A stretch of DNA of 64,000 nucleotides, taken from positions 196,108,001 through 196,172,000 of the forward strand of contig NC_058368.1 of NCBI RefSeq assembly GCF_018350175.1, given 5' to 3'. Below the pieces are notes generated by a model. The model saw only the letters and a program-made list of their open reading frames with translations, searched no databases and was not told where the DNA came from. Positions 40,250-50,559 of this stretch are shown here, piece by piece (position 1 is the first letter of the stretch; each line of letters starts with the position of its first letter). The stretch is from Felis catus (Eukaryota). The translations under genes and the position numbers were made by a program.

Positions 40250-41337
40250 AAAGTTTATTTATTTTGAGAGACAGCAAGAGTACTAGCCAGGGAAGGACAG
40301 AGAACATCCCAGGCAGGCTCTGTGCTGTTAGCACCCCATGAACCATGAGATCATGACCTAAGCCAAAATCAGGAGTTGGTGCACTTAATCAACTGAGCCA
40401 CCCAGGTGCCCTGAGATTGGACTTTTTTTTTTTTTTCCCCCTTCTCTTAGAGAGGCAGAGCTTGGTGAGGGAGGGGCAGAGAGAGGGGGAGACACAGAAT
40501 CTGAAGCAAGCTCCGGTCTCTAAGCTGTCAGTACAGAGCCCGAAGCAGGGTGCGAATTCACGGACCGTGGGACCATGACCTGAGCTGAAGTTGTACACTT
40601 AAAACGACAAAGCCACCCAGGCACCCCAAGATGGGACATTTTTAAAGATGACTGCTGTGTTGGGACATCTGACTGGCTCCGTCAGTAGAGCATGCAACTC
40701 TTAATCTCAGGGTCATGAGTTCAAGCCCCACATTGGGCATAGTGCTTGTGTCAAAACAAAACAAAAACTATGGCTGCTGTGTGGACAGCAGACCAGATGA
40801 AGTGGTCCACTGAAAAGATGTTAGGGTCTTGGTTTGGGGCAGGTGGAGCAGTTGGAAATGAACAGATCACCAAAAAAGAATTATAGCCTGTGGCAAAAAG
40901 GGACAGTGCTTTAAATGGGCTGCAGGCAGGGCAGAGCACAAACTATGACCCAGGGGTCAGAAAGTATGCAACAAAAATCATAAGTGGCCCACTAAACCTT
41001 CAGTATTTATTGTTTGGGGGTGCCTGGATGGTTCAGTCGATAAGTGTCCATCTCTGATTTCAGCTCAAGTCTTTAAAAAAAATTTTTTTTTAACGTTTTA
41101 TTTATTTTTGAGACAGCATGAACAGGGGAGGGTCAGAGAGAGGGAGACACAGAATCTGAAACAGGCTCCAGGCTCTGAGCTGTCAGCACAGAGCCCGACG
41201 CGGGGCTTGAACTCACGGAGCGCGAGATCATGACCTGAGCCGAAGTCGGCCGCTTAACCGACTGAGCCACCCAGGTGCCCCGATTTCAGCTCAAGTCTTG
41301 ATCTCAGGTTCATTGAGTTCCACGTCGGGCTCTCCAC
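40250..41337. mobile_element. Five SINE pieces in RPS14 intron 3 (40250-40411 -; 40423-40627 -; 40662-40767 +; 41016-41337 + with 41074-41281 - nested)
   Basis: SINE bodies; the nested copy has an 18-bp TSD gatttcagctcaagtctt. Confidence 0.88.
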
Positions 41338-41370
41338 TGTTTGGCCCTTTAAGGAAAGTTGCCGATTCCT
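40927..41370. mobile_element. MER58-like hAT fossil split by nested SINEs (RPS14 intron 3)
   Basis: caaactatgaccc...gtatttattgttt[SINEs]ggccctttaaggaaagttgccgattcct. Confidence 0.6.
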
Positions 41371-41452
41371 TAGCTAGAGGGTTGTGGGATCTCAGAAAGA
41401 ACCCCTAATGAGTTGGACAAAGCTTTTCTTAACATAGATTCTCATTTCCTAG

Positions 41453-41529
41453 AACCAAGACCCCTGGACCTGGGGCCCAGTCAGCCCTCAGAGCCCTTGC
41501 CCGCTCAGGAATGAAGATTGGGCGGATTG
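41453..41529 (+). CDS. RPS14: 40S ribosomal protein S14, exon 4
   Basis: Acceptor atttcctAG|a; encodes [25 protein letters not shown]; donor g|GTAAGT at 41530. Read by eye because it is too short for the ORF track. Confidence 0.98.
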
Positions 41530-42555
41530 GTAAGTGTCCCCCTTCTAGCTAGCGTTTGGATTTACTTTGAAGTATTAACCCCAGAAAGCTTGTGATGTAC
41601 CCAGTGGATGCAGTGCTTGGTCTGGGGACTGTTGGCAATTAGGATTGTTAATGGGGGCTGCAAGAGGCACCATATGACAGAATTTCTCCCTGAACACCCC
41701 TATCACCTGTTGTAAATGTCGACCTTCTCTTTTACATTGGGACAGCGCAGTTTGATTTCTTAACCCCAGTGCTGCATACTGCCTGGTGTATAGGGTTTGG
41801 GACAGTGGCTGGTGGAACTGATAGGAGATGAATTGTCTATCCTTTATAGTGTCTCTTAAGAGAGTTGGCATTTTGTGTAGTCTGTCTCCTGAATTGTAGG
41901 ACCATCTGTATCCTTGGTCCTTGCCTACTAAGTATTAAGAGTACACTAGTCATTGTGACCATGAAAACTGAATGCAGGGAGTGGCAACTCCTGCGGTGGA
42001 GAATCACAGCAAATCCCCTATATCTGTGTAGTGCCTGCCCTCCTCACGCCTGTGATCTCCTGATCCTTTCTAGCTCCTGAGAAGGTGTTAGCCTTTTCCT
42101 GTTTCTGTGCACATGGTCGCATCATGTACTGATCCCTCGATCTGGTGGTCCAGCCTTTTCCTCTTAAGGTTTTATTTTTTTTCAGCATGTTTTCAACCTT
42201 TTACTGACTGGAAAGAAGATAGTGTTAGGTTGCCCTATTTAGTAGGAGAATCTTTTCACTAGAGAGTCAGTGGGCTGGATGTCAGAAATGTGATTTCTCG
42301 CCTGCTTCTGACCTCGTATGTAAGTTGTATGCGTTTTCTGAGCCTCAGTTTTCCCTTCAGAAAAATGAGTTCAGACTACATCGGAAAATTTGAGGAAGCA
42401 GCAGATGGGGCAGTCCGCATCCGTGTGTTATGTATGGAGGGTTTATGTGGGGAGCAGCAGGATCCACTGTTGGTGTGTTAGGCCACTGGTCTAGGGAGGC
42501 CCGGACTCCTTCCCATCCGTCTCTAGGCAATGATATTTTCTCTTCCTCCCCACAG

Positions 42556-42623
42556 AGGATGTCACCCCCATCCCCTCCGATAGCACCCGCAGGAAGGGGG
42601 GTCGCCGTGGTCGCCGTCTGTGA
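42556..42623 (+). CDS. RPS14: 40S ribosomal protein S14, exon 5 coding part
   Basis: Acceptor cctccccacAG|ag; encodes (E)DVTPIPSDSTRRKGGRRGRRL with stop TGA at 42621-42623. Confidence 0.98.
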
Positions 42624-42653
42624 ACAGGATTCCTCAAATTAATGTTTTCTGTT

Positions 42654-42659
42654 AATAAA
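42654..42659 (+). terminator. RPS14: RPS14 polyadenylation signal AATAAA
   Basis: AATAAA 30 nt after the stop codon, followed by T/GT-rich sequence. A short 3'UTR is typical of ribosomal protein genes. Confidence 0.9.
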
Positions 42660-43476
42660 TTGCCTTTGTGTAAGCTGTTTCGACTCCAGTCTTCTCTCCT
42701 TCGTGTAGAGGCCACCCTTCAGGGATACTTGGTTCTCTCCTCCTGGCTCCATTTGACCAGGGGATAAGACTTCTGGGGATCACAGGTGCAGGATAAAGCA
42801 GGAGGCCTTTAACAGATATATTACTGCAGAGGATACGGTTCCTGCCAAACAGGAACACAGAAGATACTGGTTGGGCCCCTGACACTTGACAGGATAAGCC
42901 TGTGTTCTGTGAAGTGACTTCCTGGGAGGAGGAGCCTAAGGAGAGGCGAGGTACCTGTGTGCAGTTGGGTGTTTTCCACTCTGCTGGTTGTGGCATTGTT
43001 GCCTCCATCATCTAAAGCAGACCAAGACCTTAGAGACCTTGTTTTGAAAAGCAGATGTTGGTTCCAAAAATGGACCAATTCTTAAAGAGCCAGGGCAGAG
43101 TGGAAACTGTTGAGCCGAGTGTAGCCTGAGCAGAAGAGGAGCCTTCCAGACTTGAGCCATATATAAACATACGTGGGTGTCTACTCGCCCCCCACACCTT
43201 CTGTGCAAAATTGGTAGTGCACTCTGCTGCGTCTTGCTTTTTCTCACTTGGCAGATCTTGGAGATTGTTCCACATCAGTACATAAAGTACATAGAGATTC
43301 GGTCACCCCACAAATACACACTAAGCCCTATTTTCATCAGTGATTAAAAAAGTTTTTGCTCTCCGGAAGCTTGCATCCACCTCCGAGGACCCAGTGGTAC
43401 CAGATGGTACAGAGTGTTCTGCAAGAGATTAGCATAGGGCCCTGTGATGGTAACTGCTCCACTGTTGGGTGGCTAA

Positions 43477-43610
43477 TTAAGCTAGAAAGAAGAAAATGTT
43501 ACTAAGAACATTATAAGGAAGAGAGAAGACAGTTCTATGCGTATTTATTGAAAAAATCCACGTGAATTGTCCACGCAGTTCAAACCTATGCTGTTCAATG
43601 GTCAACAATA
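43477..43610 (+). mobile_element. Tigger1-derived (carnivore Tigger1a-like) 3' end
   Basis: aagctagaaagaagaaaatgttactaag...tatttattgaaaaaatccacgtg...cgcagttcaaacctatgctgttcaatggtcaac. Confidence 0.7.
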
Positions 43611-43659
43611 CTCTAGACGCAAGATGATGAGAGCACTTGAACTCTGATACTCTTAAGAA

Positions 43660-43985
43660 ACCCGTAACCCAATTAGAGGACATTCTGCAGAATGCCAGTG
43701 CTTGAGTCAAAAGTGATGAAAAACAAGGATAGAAGACCAAAGGAGATTAGACCTAACTAATGCACCATTGGATCCTGAACCGGAAAGGACGTTAGCGTGA
43801 AAACTGGTAAAATACGAGTAAGGCCTGAAGTTCAATTAATTTCTTAATTTTGACAAATATTTTGTGGTGATGTAAGATGTTAACATGAGGGGAAAAAGTT
43901 GGATGAGTGGTATGTAGAAAAGTCATACGATCCTTGCAACTTTCTGGTAAATCTAAAATTATTCCAAAATTAAAAGTGTTAGGGG
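43660..43985 (+). mobile_element. Old L1M 3'UTR fragment
   Basis: ttggatcctgaaccggaaaggac...taagatgttaacatgagggg...ctggtaaatctaaaattattccaaaattaaaag. Confidence 0.65.
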
Positions 43986-45256
43986 GAAAAAACGGTACTT
44001 CCTTACCGGCAGCCTCATTGCTAAGGCAGGATGTGTACAGACCCTCAAGAAGTGAACATGCCTGGACGAAAATACCTAGTTCCCAGCTTCAGACTAACTT
44101 TAGGCAAATTACTTAACCGCTTGACCATTTAGTGAAACTTCCTGTGATAATGGCTGCCTCTTAGGGTATCATAAGAATTAAGTAAGATTAAAGTGTTTAG
44201 CACAGTGCCTGGCTCTGAAGAAGCTACCACTATTCTTAAGCTTGTTCAGTTTTTATGCCAAGGAGCCTGAATGACAGCTGGCTGGAATCCTGGTGGAAAA
44301 ATGCTGGCGGTTGCTAGAGCATTCTTTTTATTTCCTGTGATGGGACTTTGCAACTTGTACTGTTGTTTCCTGGTAACCAGAGATGCAGTCAGCCAGGTCT
44401 TTGAAAGCTGTTCTCTCAGGGTTTTGTTTGCAAGGAGAGCCAGTTTGCACAGCTTAGGTTGAAACAGCAGTCTGTCGGCCACAGACACGCAAGGCAGGAC
44501 TGGAGGAGCTGTTGCCCTCCTGAGACCACGAACCACGGGAGCACAGCCTTGGCAGGTGAGCCTGATGTCGTGGGCTGCAGCCGCAGCCCCAGCCAGGCCC
44601 CGAGAAATGGTCCCTCCTGCCCTCCTGGCTCCTTTCTCTGACCTGAGCTCTTGTGAGTCTACTAAACAAGCCTCCATGCCTAGCCCTAGACCACATGCTT
44701 TGTTACCTGGTCCTGCCCATACTTGACGCTCTCACTCTGCCCAAGCCAAACCTAGTCCTTTTGCTTTTCCAATTCTCTGTGCCTTCGGTCTTCTGCTCAC
44801 ATCCCCTCCCACCTTGGCTTCTTCAGCATCTACTCTCCCCCATGTCACCTCTCTGTCTTCTCATCTGTTAGAATCCATTCTTCATCCCTCTCTCAGAGTT
44901 ACTTTCCTGGTTGCCCCTCGAGGCGCTCTCTATTGAATTCCCACTGCACCCCCCACTTCCCATGTGCCACCACTGTCCCCCTGCATTCTAGCCTATTTTC
45001 CCCACTAATGTGTGAGCTCTGAGAAGGGAAAGTGGGTCTTGTCCAGTGCCTCCCACCCAGCCCTCAGCCCCAGCTTTTGGATAAGTATGGGCGCCATAAT
45101 GGCTTGTCGAATGAATCACTGAATAGGTGAATGGGCTTTCCCCTACTGTAGACTAGATAGATTCTGCAAACTAGATAGTTTAAAAAAGCATTTCTATTTC
45201 TAGATCCTTGATAAATTAAAACAAACATGCATTCCTGGACTTCAAAGAAATAAAGG

Positions 45257-46505
45257 AGGAGCACCTGGGTAGCTCAGTGGGTTAAGGGGCCAACTCTCCA
45301 TGTCAGCTCGACTCGGATCTCAGGGTCATGAGCTCAAGCCCTGTGTTGGGCTCCACACTGGGTGTGGAACCTACTTAAAATAATTTTTAAAAATTTAAAA
45401 AAAATCCTCAGGGCCGTTCAAGAAACGAAAGAAAAGTGCATCAAGTTGAAATGGATTGGGGAATGGCTGTCAGCAAAGAAAGTTGGGGTAGCTCTTAAGG
45501 CAAATACCAAGTCAGTGCCAGGAAGTTAAGTTTAGACTGCCCCTCTCCCTATCCTCGGCCCCACGGTGAGGGAGCTGAGCTTGACCTTCACAATAAGCCA
45601 GAAATCCTCAGATTTCTGGGCTAATAACTCCTAAGTAGGACTGTGTCAGGGCTCTTGGTAAAAAGCAAAAGCTCCTCTGGACAGAAGCACAATTGAAGCC
45701 CAGTGGTTTCTCACAGATTAGGTTCAACCAAATATGACTCCTGCTCCCTCCACTCCCAAAAAAGATACGAACACATGAAAATAAGCACCCCAAACAGAAA
45801 CAAGATTTCTATACCCCCAAAGAGTTCATATTAAAATTATCAAAATGTAAAACTATCTAACAGGGCACTTGGGTGGTTGGTTCAGTTGGTTGTGCATTCC
45901 GACTCTTGATATCGGCTCAGGTCATAATCCTGGGGTGGTGGGATTGATCCTCCCATCAGGCTCTGCACTGATTGTGGAGTCTGTTTAAGATTATCTCCCT
46001 CTGGGCGCCTGGGTGGCGCAGTCGGTTAAGCGTCCGACTTCAGCCAGGTCACGATCTCGCGGTCCGGGAGTTCGAGCCCCGCATCAGGCTCTGGGCTGAT
46101 GGCTCGGAGCCTGGGGCCTGTTTCCGATTCTGTGTCTCCCTCTCTCTCTGCCCCTCCCCCATTCATGCTCTGTCTCTCTCTGTCCCAAAAATAAATAAAC
46201 GTTGAAAAAAAAATTAAAAAAAAAAAAAAGATTATCTCCCTCTGCCCCTCTCCCCAGCTCACACTCTCTCTGAAATAAAAAAATAACTACAGGGGCGCTT
46301 GGGTGGCTCAGTCGGTTGAGCATCCGACTTTGGCTCAGGTCATGATCTCAAGCCTCGTGACTTCGAGCCCCGTGTTGGGCTCTGTGTCGACAGCCTGGAG
46401 CCTGTTTCTGATTCTGTGTCTCCCTCTCTTCCTGCCCCTAACCACTCGCATTCTATCTCTGTCTCTCTCAAAAATAAACATTAAAATATATTTAAAAAAA
46501 ATAAG
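45257..46505 (+). mobile_element. SINE cluster (45257-45403; 45862-46281 with young SINEC_Fc-type 46003-46229 nested; 46292-46505)
   Basis: The nested copy is flanked by TSD aagattatctccctctg. Confidence 0.9.
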
Positions 46506-46529
46506 ATAACTACATATGAAATGCTTAAA

Positions 46530-46705
46530 GAAATAATGGAATAAAAAAGTAGGCAAGATATAATCAGATGTCTTCGAAAAGGAACCAAAGAAAAATACAT
46601 ACAGTTATTGAAATTAAATACTCAGTGGATGGGTTCAATGGCAGATTAGAGCCAACAGAAGGAAGAATTTCTGAACTACAAAACAAACCTGAAGAAATAC
46701 AAAAG
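46530..46705 (+). mobile_element. Ancient L1/HAL1 ORF1-like fragment
   Basis: Translation IEIKYSVDGFNGRLEPTEGRISELQNKPEEIQK resembles the L1 ORF1p coiled coil. Confidence 0.65.
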
Positions 46706-47019
46706 TCCAATGAGACTGGAACTCCAATTCCTGCTTGGCTTCCTTCACATTCTGCTTGAGGTAGAGCACTACACTTCCACTTCATCTTCACGGACCTGGG
46801 TGATGATGTGGCTCCCTGTCATCCATGAGGTTACTGTCAAGGTCATTTTTAATCTCTTAATGCCGGATCAGGAAAACCCTTCCCAAGGGGGGAAGCCATT
46901 GACCTTAGGTGGTTCAAAGAGAAGATGTGTAGGGGACTTAAAATAGGTAAATTCTCCCTTGGGGAAGAGGGAGCAAGCAGTCTTGTTCCGCGTAGTCCCC
47001 CGGTGGTAGGAATTACAGA

Positions 47020-47145
47020 GAGGTAGACTTGAGTTATCAAAGAGTTTTCTGAAAGAGCTGCTCAAAGAGGGGATGAAATTTTCACGAGATAGGGATCCCC
47101 CATCATTGGAGGCATACAAGTATAAACCAGACTCCCAAGGGCTGG
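47020..47145 (+). mobile_element. Possible CR1/L3 fragment
   Basis: gatagggatcccccatcattggaggcatacaagtataaaccaga resembles the L3 3' core. Confidence 0.4.
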
Positions 47146-47164
47146 TTACATCAGAATCTCTTAG

Positions 47165-47460
47165 TATGGCAGAAACCATTGTTCACCAAAATGCTTTTTC
47201 TTCATTTTCTGTTGTAAATAGGACTCTCAGTTTTTAGCTGGATATATGGTTTATCAGAATAAAGACTCCTCAGGTGGTTAGGTGTGGTCCATCTGACTAA
47301 GTTGTGGCCAATAGGACATAAGTAGAATGTATGCAGTTTGCAGGAAGTCTTTTTTTTTTTTTTAATAACTATAGTCACCTGTCTTCTATCTCCAGGACTT
47401 ATTATAAATATAGGATGTGTTTTGAAGGGGAAACGGCATATCCTTCTAACCTTTCCTCTA
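47165..47460. mobile_element. Possible MLT1 (ERVL-MaLR) LTR fragment
   Basis: ggttaggtgtggtccatctgactaagttgtggccaatagg resembles the MLT1 core motif. Confidence 0.45.
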
Positions 47461-47650
47461 GATAATTGCTTTCAGATGTCTGCTGGAACTTGTCACCTTA
47501 TCAGGTAGGCTCTCCCTGACCCTCACAGATCAATTAGTGTTCCCCACCTAACCCCCGCCCCCGGCCATTATTCTCAAGATATTTAGCCATTTATTTGCCA
47601 TATTCATATCACTTAACCCCACCTGATATATAATCTACGTGTCCAAGTCT

Positions 47651-47785
47651 AGTGGTTCTCAACCTTGAGCATTTGTCAGATTCAGAATCAGTAGATCTGG
47701 GATGGAGGCCTGAAGATTTGCATTTCTAGCAAGTTTTCAGGTGCTGCTGCTCTCAGTGGTCTAAAGGGCACACTGAGAACCATGG
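47651..47785. mobile_element. MER5A-like MITE, internally deleted
   Basis: agtggttctcaaccttgagc...atttgcatttctagcaagtt...ctgagaaccatg; the ends are inverted repeats. Confidence 0.7.
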
Positions 47786-48204
47786 GCTTGTCTTTTTAGG
47801 TTCACTGCTATATCCCAGTACCAGGAACAGTGCATAAGTGGTGGTGCTTTGTAGATATTTGTTGACTCAAATTTAATAACTTTGAGGCAAGCTCTATTAT
47901 TACCCACATTTTATGTATGGGGAAACCAAGGATCAGAGATAAGTGGCTTTTGCAGGGCCTCATAGCTAGGAGGAGTAGAGTTGGGATTTAATCCTTCACT
48001 TGTCTGTAATCACAGATAGTGCCCTTAATCACTACACTTTCATACCCCTGGCAAGCTGGGGCTCTGTGCAGTCAGACTGGAAGGAGGTTGGAGGAGGGTC
48101 CTTCCTGTTCTAGCTTCTGCAGAGGACAGGGAGGTAGATGGCAGCTGAGTCCTGCTCCTGAAGGAGCCTAGCTGCCGCCCTGGCTTGTGACGCTCATCTA
48201 TGGG

Positions 48205-48223
48205 TGACCACCAGGTGGCAGCA
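48205..48223 (+). promoter_or_regulatory. CTCF motif
   Basis: TGACCACCAGGTGGCAGCA; the core matches CCASYAGRKGGCRS at 14/14. Confidence 0.65.
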
Positions 48224-48552
48224 TTATTCTGACCTGAAGCCGCTTGCTGGGATGGGGAAGGTATCTGGGTTCTGATTTGAGTTCTGCTATCATTAATTCT
48301 CTGGCCCTAGGCATATCCCATGGGCCTCTGGGTAGGCCTCAGTTCCCCCATCTTTAGAGAGAGAAGATTGGCCAACTTAATCTCGAAAGAGCCTTTGCAG
48401 CTCAAATACCATCTATAAGAGACAGATACAGCCACTAAAATTCGAGTACCTCAAAACCACTTATACTGTTCCCCCCTGCCACACTGGAAAACAAAAAAAA
48501 ATACAACCACCCCCACCATCGCCCACCCGAAATGACAGAAGCCCCACCATCG

Positions 48553-48867
48553 TAGTACTGTCCAAAAGAAATATAATGTGACAAAACTGAGCCACATGTA
48601 ATTCCAAATTTTCTAGAAGACCTATTAATAGAAAAAATAACATTAATTATATATTTTATTTAATACAATATATCCAAAATGTTTTCATTTCAACATATAA
48701 ACAATATAAAAAGTTATCAAAGGATTTTACATTCTTTTCTTATACTAAGTCTTTGAAATCCAATGTGTATTCTGTGCTTAACAGCACATCTCAGTTCAGA
48801 CTAGCCATGTTTAAGGCTTCAACTGCCACATATAGAGAGCTAGTGACTGCTCTATTAGATGGCATAG
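48553..48867. mobile_element. Second MER33-like element
   Basis: ctgtccaaaagaaatataatg...cagcacatctcagttcagactagccatgtt; colinear with the copy at 18.2 kb. Confidence 0.7.
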
Positions 48868-50559
48868 CCCTAGAATATTCATGGCAAATGTTTATTGAGG
48901 TAAGAACTGTGCTGAGCGTTTTATATACATTATCTTAATCCTCATAGCACCTGATAAAGTAAACAAGGGTAGTATCATCTCATTTTTGCAGATGAAGAAA
49001 CTGAGGCTCAGGAACACTGAGTGTCTTGGCCAAGATGACATGTTGCAAGTAAGCAGAAGAGTCTGGATTTGAACTTGGCTCTGTCTCCAGAATCTGGGCT
49101 CTCCGTCATGACATAATCTTGCCCCGATGGTAGATATGCAGTCACGTGGGCCTGCTCACAGGGTTCCAAATCCAGGGAGCGCAAAAGCCTGGGAGCCGAC
49201 AAGTGGGCTTGTGAGGGTAGGAGGTGAGGCCTTAAGCTGTCATTCTCCAAGCCTAGTTATGTGCTTGGTACTGTTGCGCTTGCCTGGCAAACAACCAGTG
49301 ACTCTGTCAAGGAGAAATCATGGTCTTAGGAAAATCACGTTTGCGTGATAAATAACTGAGCTTACGAAAAAAAAAAAACACCCAAAGAACCAAACCTGGC
49401 GTCAGGAGAAAATAAAAATTGAGGACTGCAGAACAACAGGATTAAACTGCAGGTGAATGAAGAAGAGGGTAGAATTCCAAGGGCCTGACGAGTGGAGGTT
49501 GCAGTAAAGTGAGTTGTAGCTTGCCCTCAGGAAACATGATGATGATGCTCATAAGTGAAATTAACGATGTACTTCCCAGGCCATTTAAATGTAGCATCTG
49601 ATTAATCCTCGTAATCACACTAGGAAGTAGGCACTTCTATCATTACCATTTTGCAGATGAAGAAACTGAGGCACAGGATACTAGTTGAGATTCAGCCGAA
49701 GCATCTGGGGTCGGAGTCCGTTTTTGCATTGCTCTGCTATCCTCCTGCCTAGAACAGGCTGCTTGTGGATGTAGTAATACGCTGTCTCTGAAGGCATGCA
49801 AACAGATTCTCAGGGATGTGAGGAAATGTTCAGAAAGGGTCATTCCTGGGCAGGACAGAAGCCTGGTGAACTGGTACTTAGCTTGTCTGGAGAGTAATTG
49901 TAGAAATTGCCCCCCTGAAACACAGATGGGGAAAGAATCCCGTCTGCCTTTCAAACCCATCCCATGGGAACAGGAGTACAGGAGGCATCGCCTTCACCAA
50001 GACTGGCCAAAAGGCGTGAGAGGTCTGTGGAGGCAGCATGGGACGGTAGTTAGAATGGGCTCTGCAGACAGCCTAGACGTGTGTTCAAGTCCCAGCTTCG
50101 CCACTTACTAGCCGCGCGCTTAGTTGTACTTGTACATCTCCTAAATCCCCCTGAGGCTCGCAGGGCTGTTGTGACAATACAGTGAGCAACCATGTGGGAA
50201 TAGGTTGCACTCAAAGAGGTGAGACCCTAGGAGGGAATGAAAGCCAGGAACAAAGGCCTTGGTATACTTCCGGAAGTTTCACTTAGCTCAAATCCAGTGG
50301 ATGGTGCTGGTGGTGGCAGCACTGGGGGAATGAGCTGCCGTGCTGAGGCAGGAGGTCCGGGTGGTGAGGAGGAGAAGAAGAAAGGCCGTGGAGGGGAGGC
50401 GCTTGGAGGAGGCTGGATGGCAGAGCGGCCTTTCTTGGAGGGGCAGCTTGTGCAGAAGCACCTCAGGACGCCCCGCGCAGGAGCTGGGCAGGCCCCTCCT
50501 CCTCAGCACCATTAAGCCCCTGCCCCCTTCCCTCATCTTTCCCATCCGCAAAACATGCT

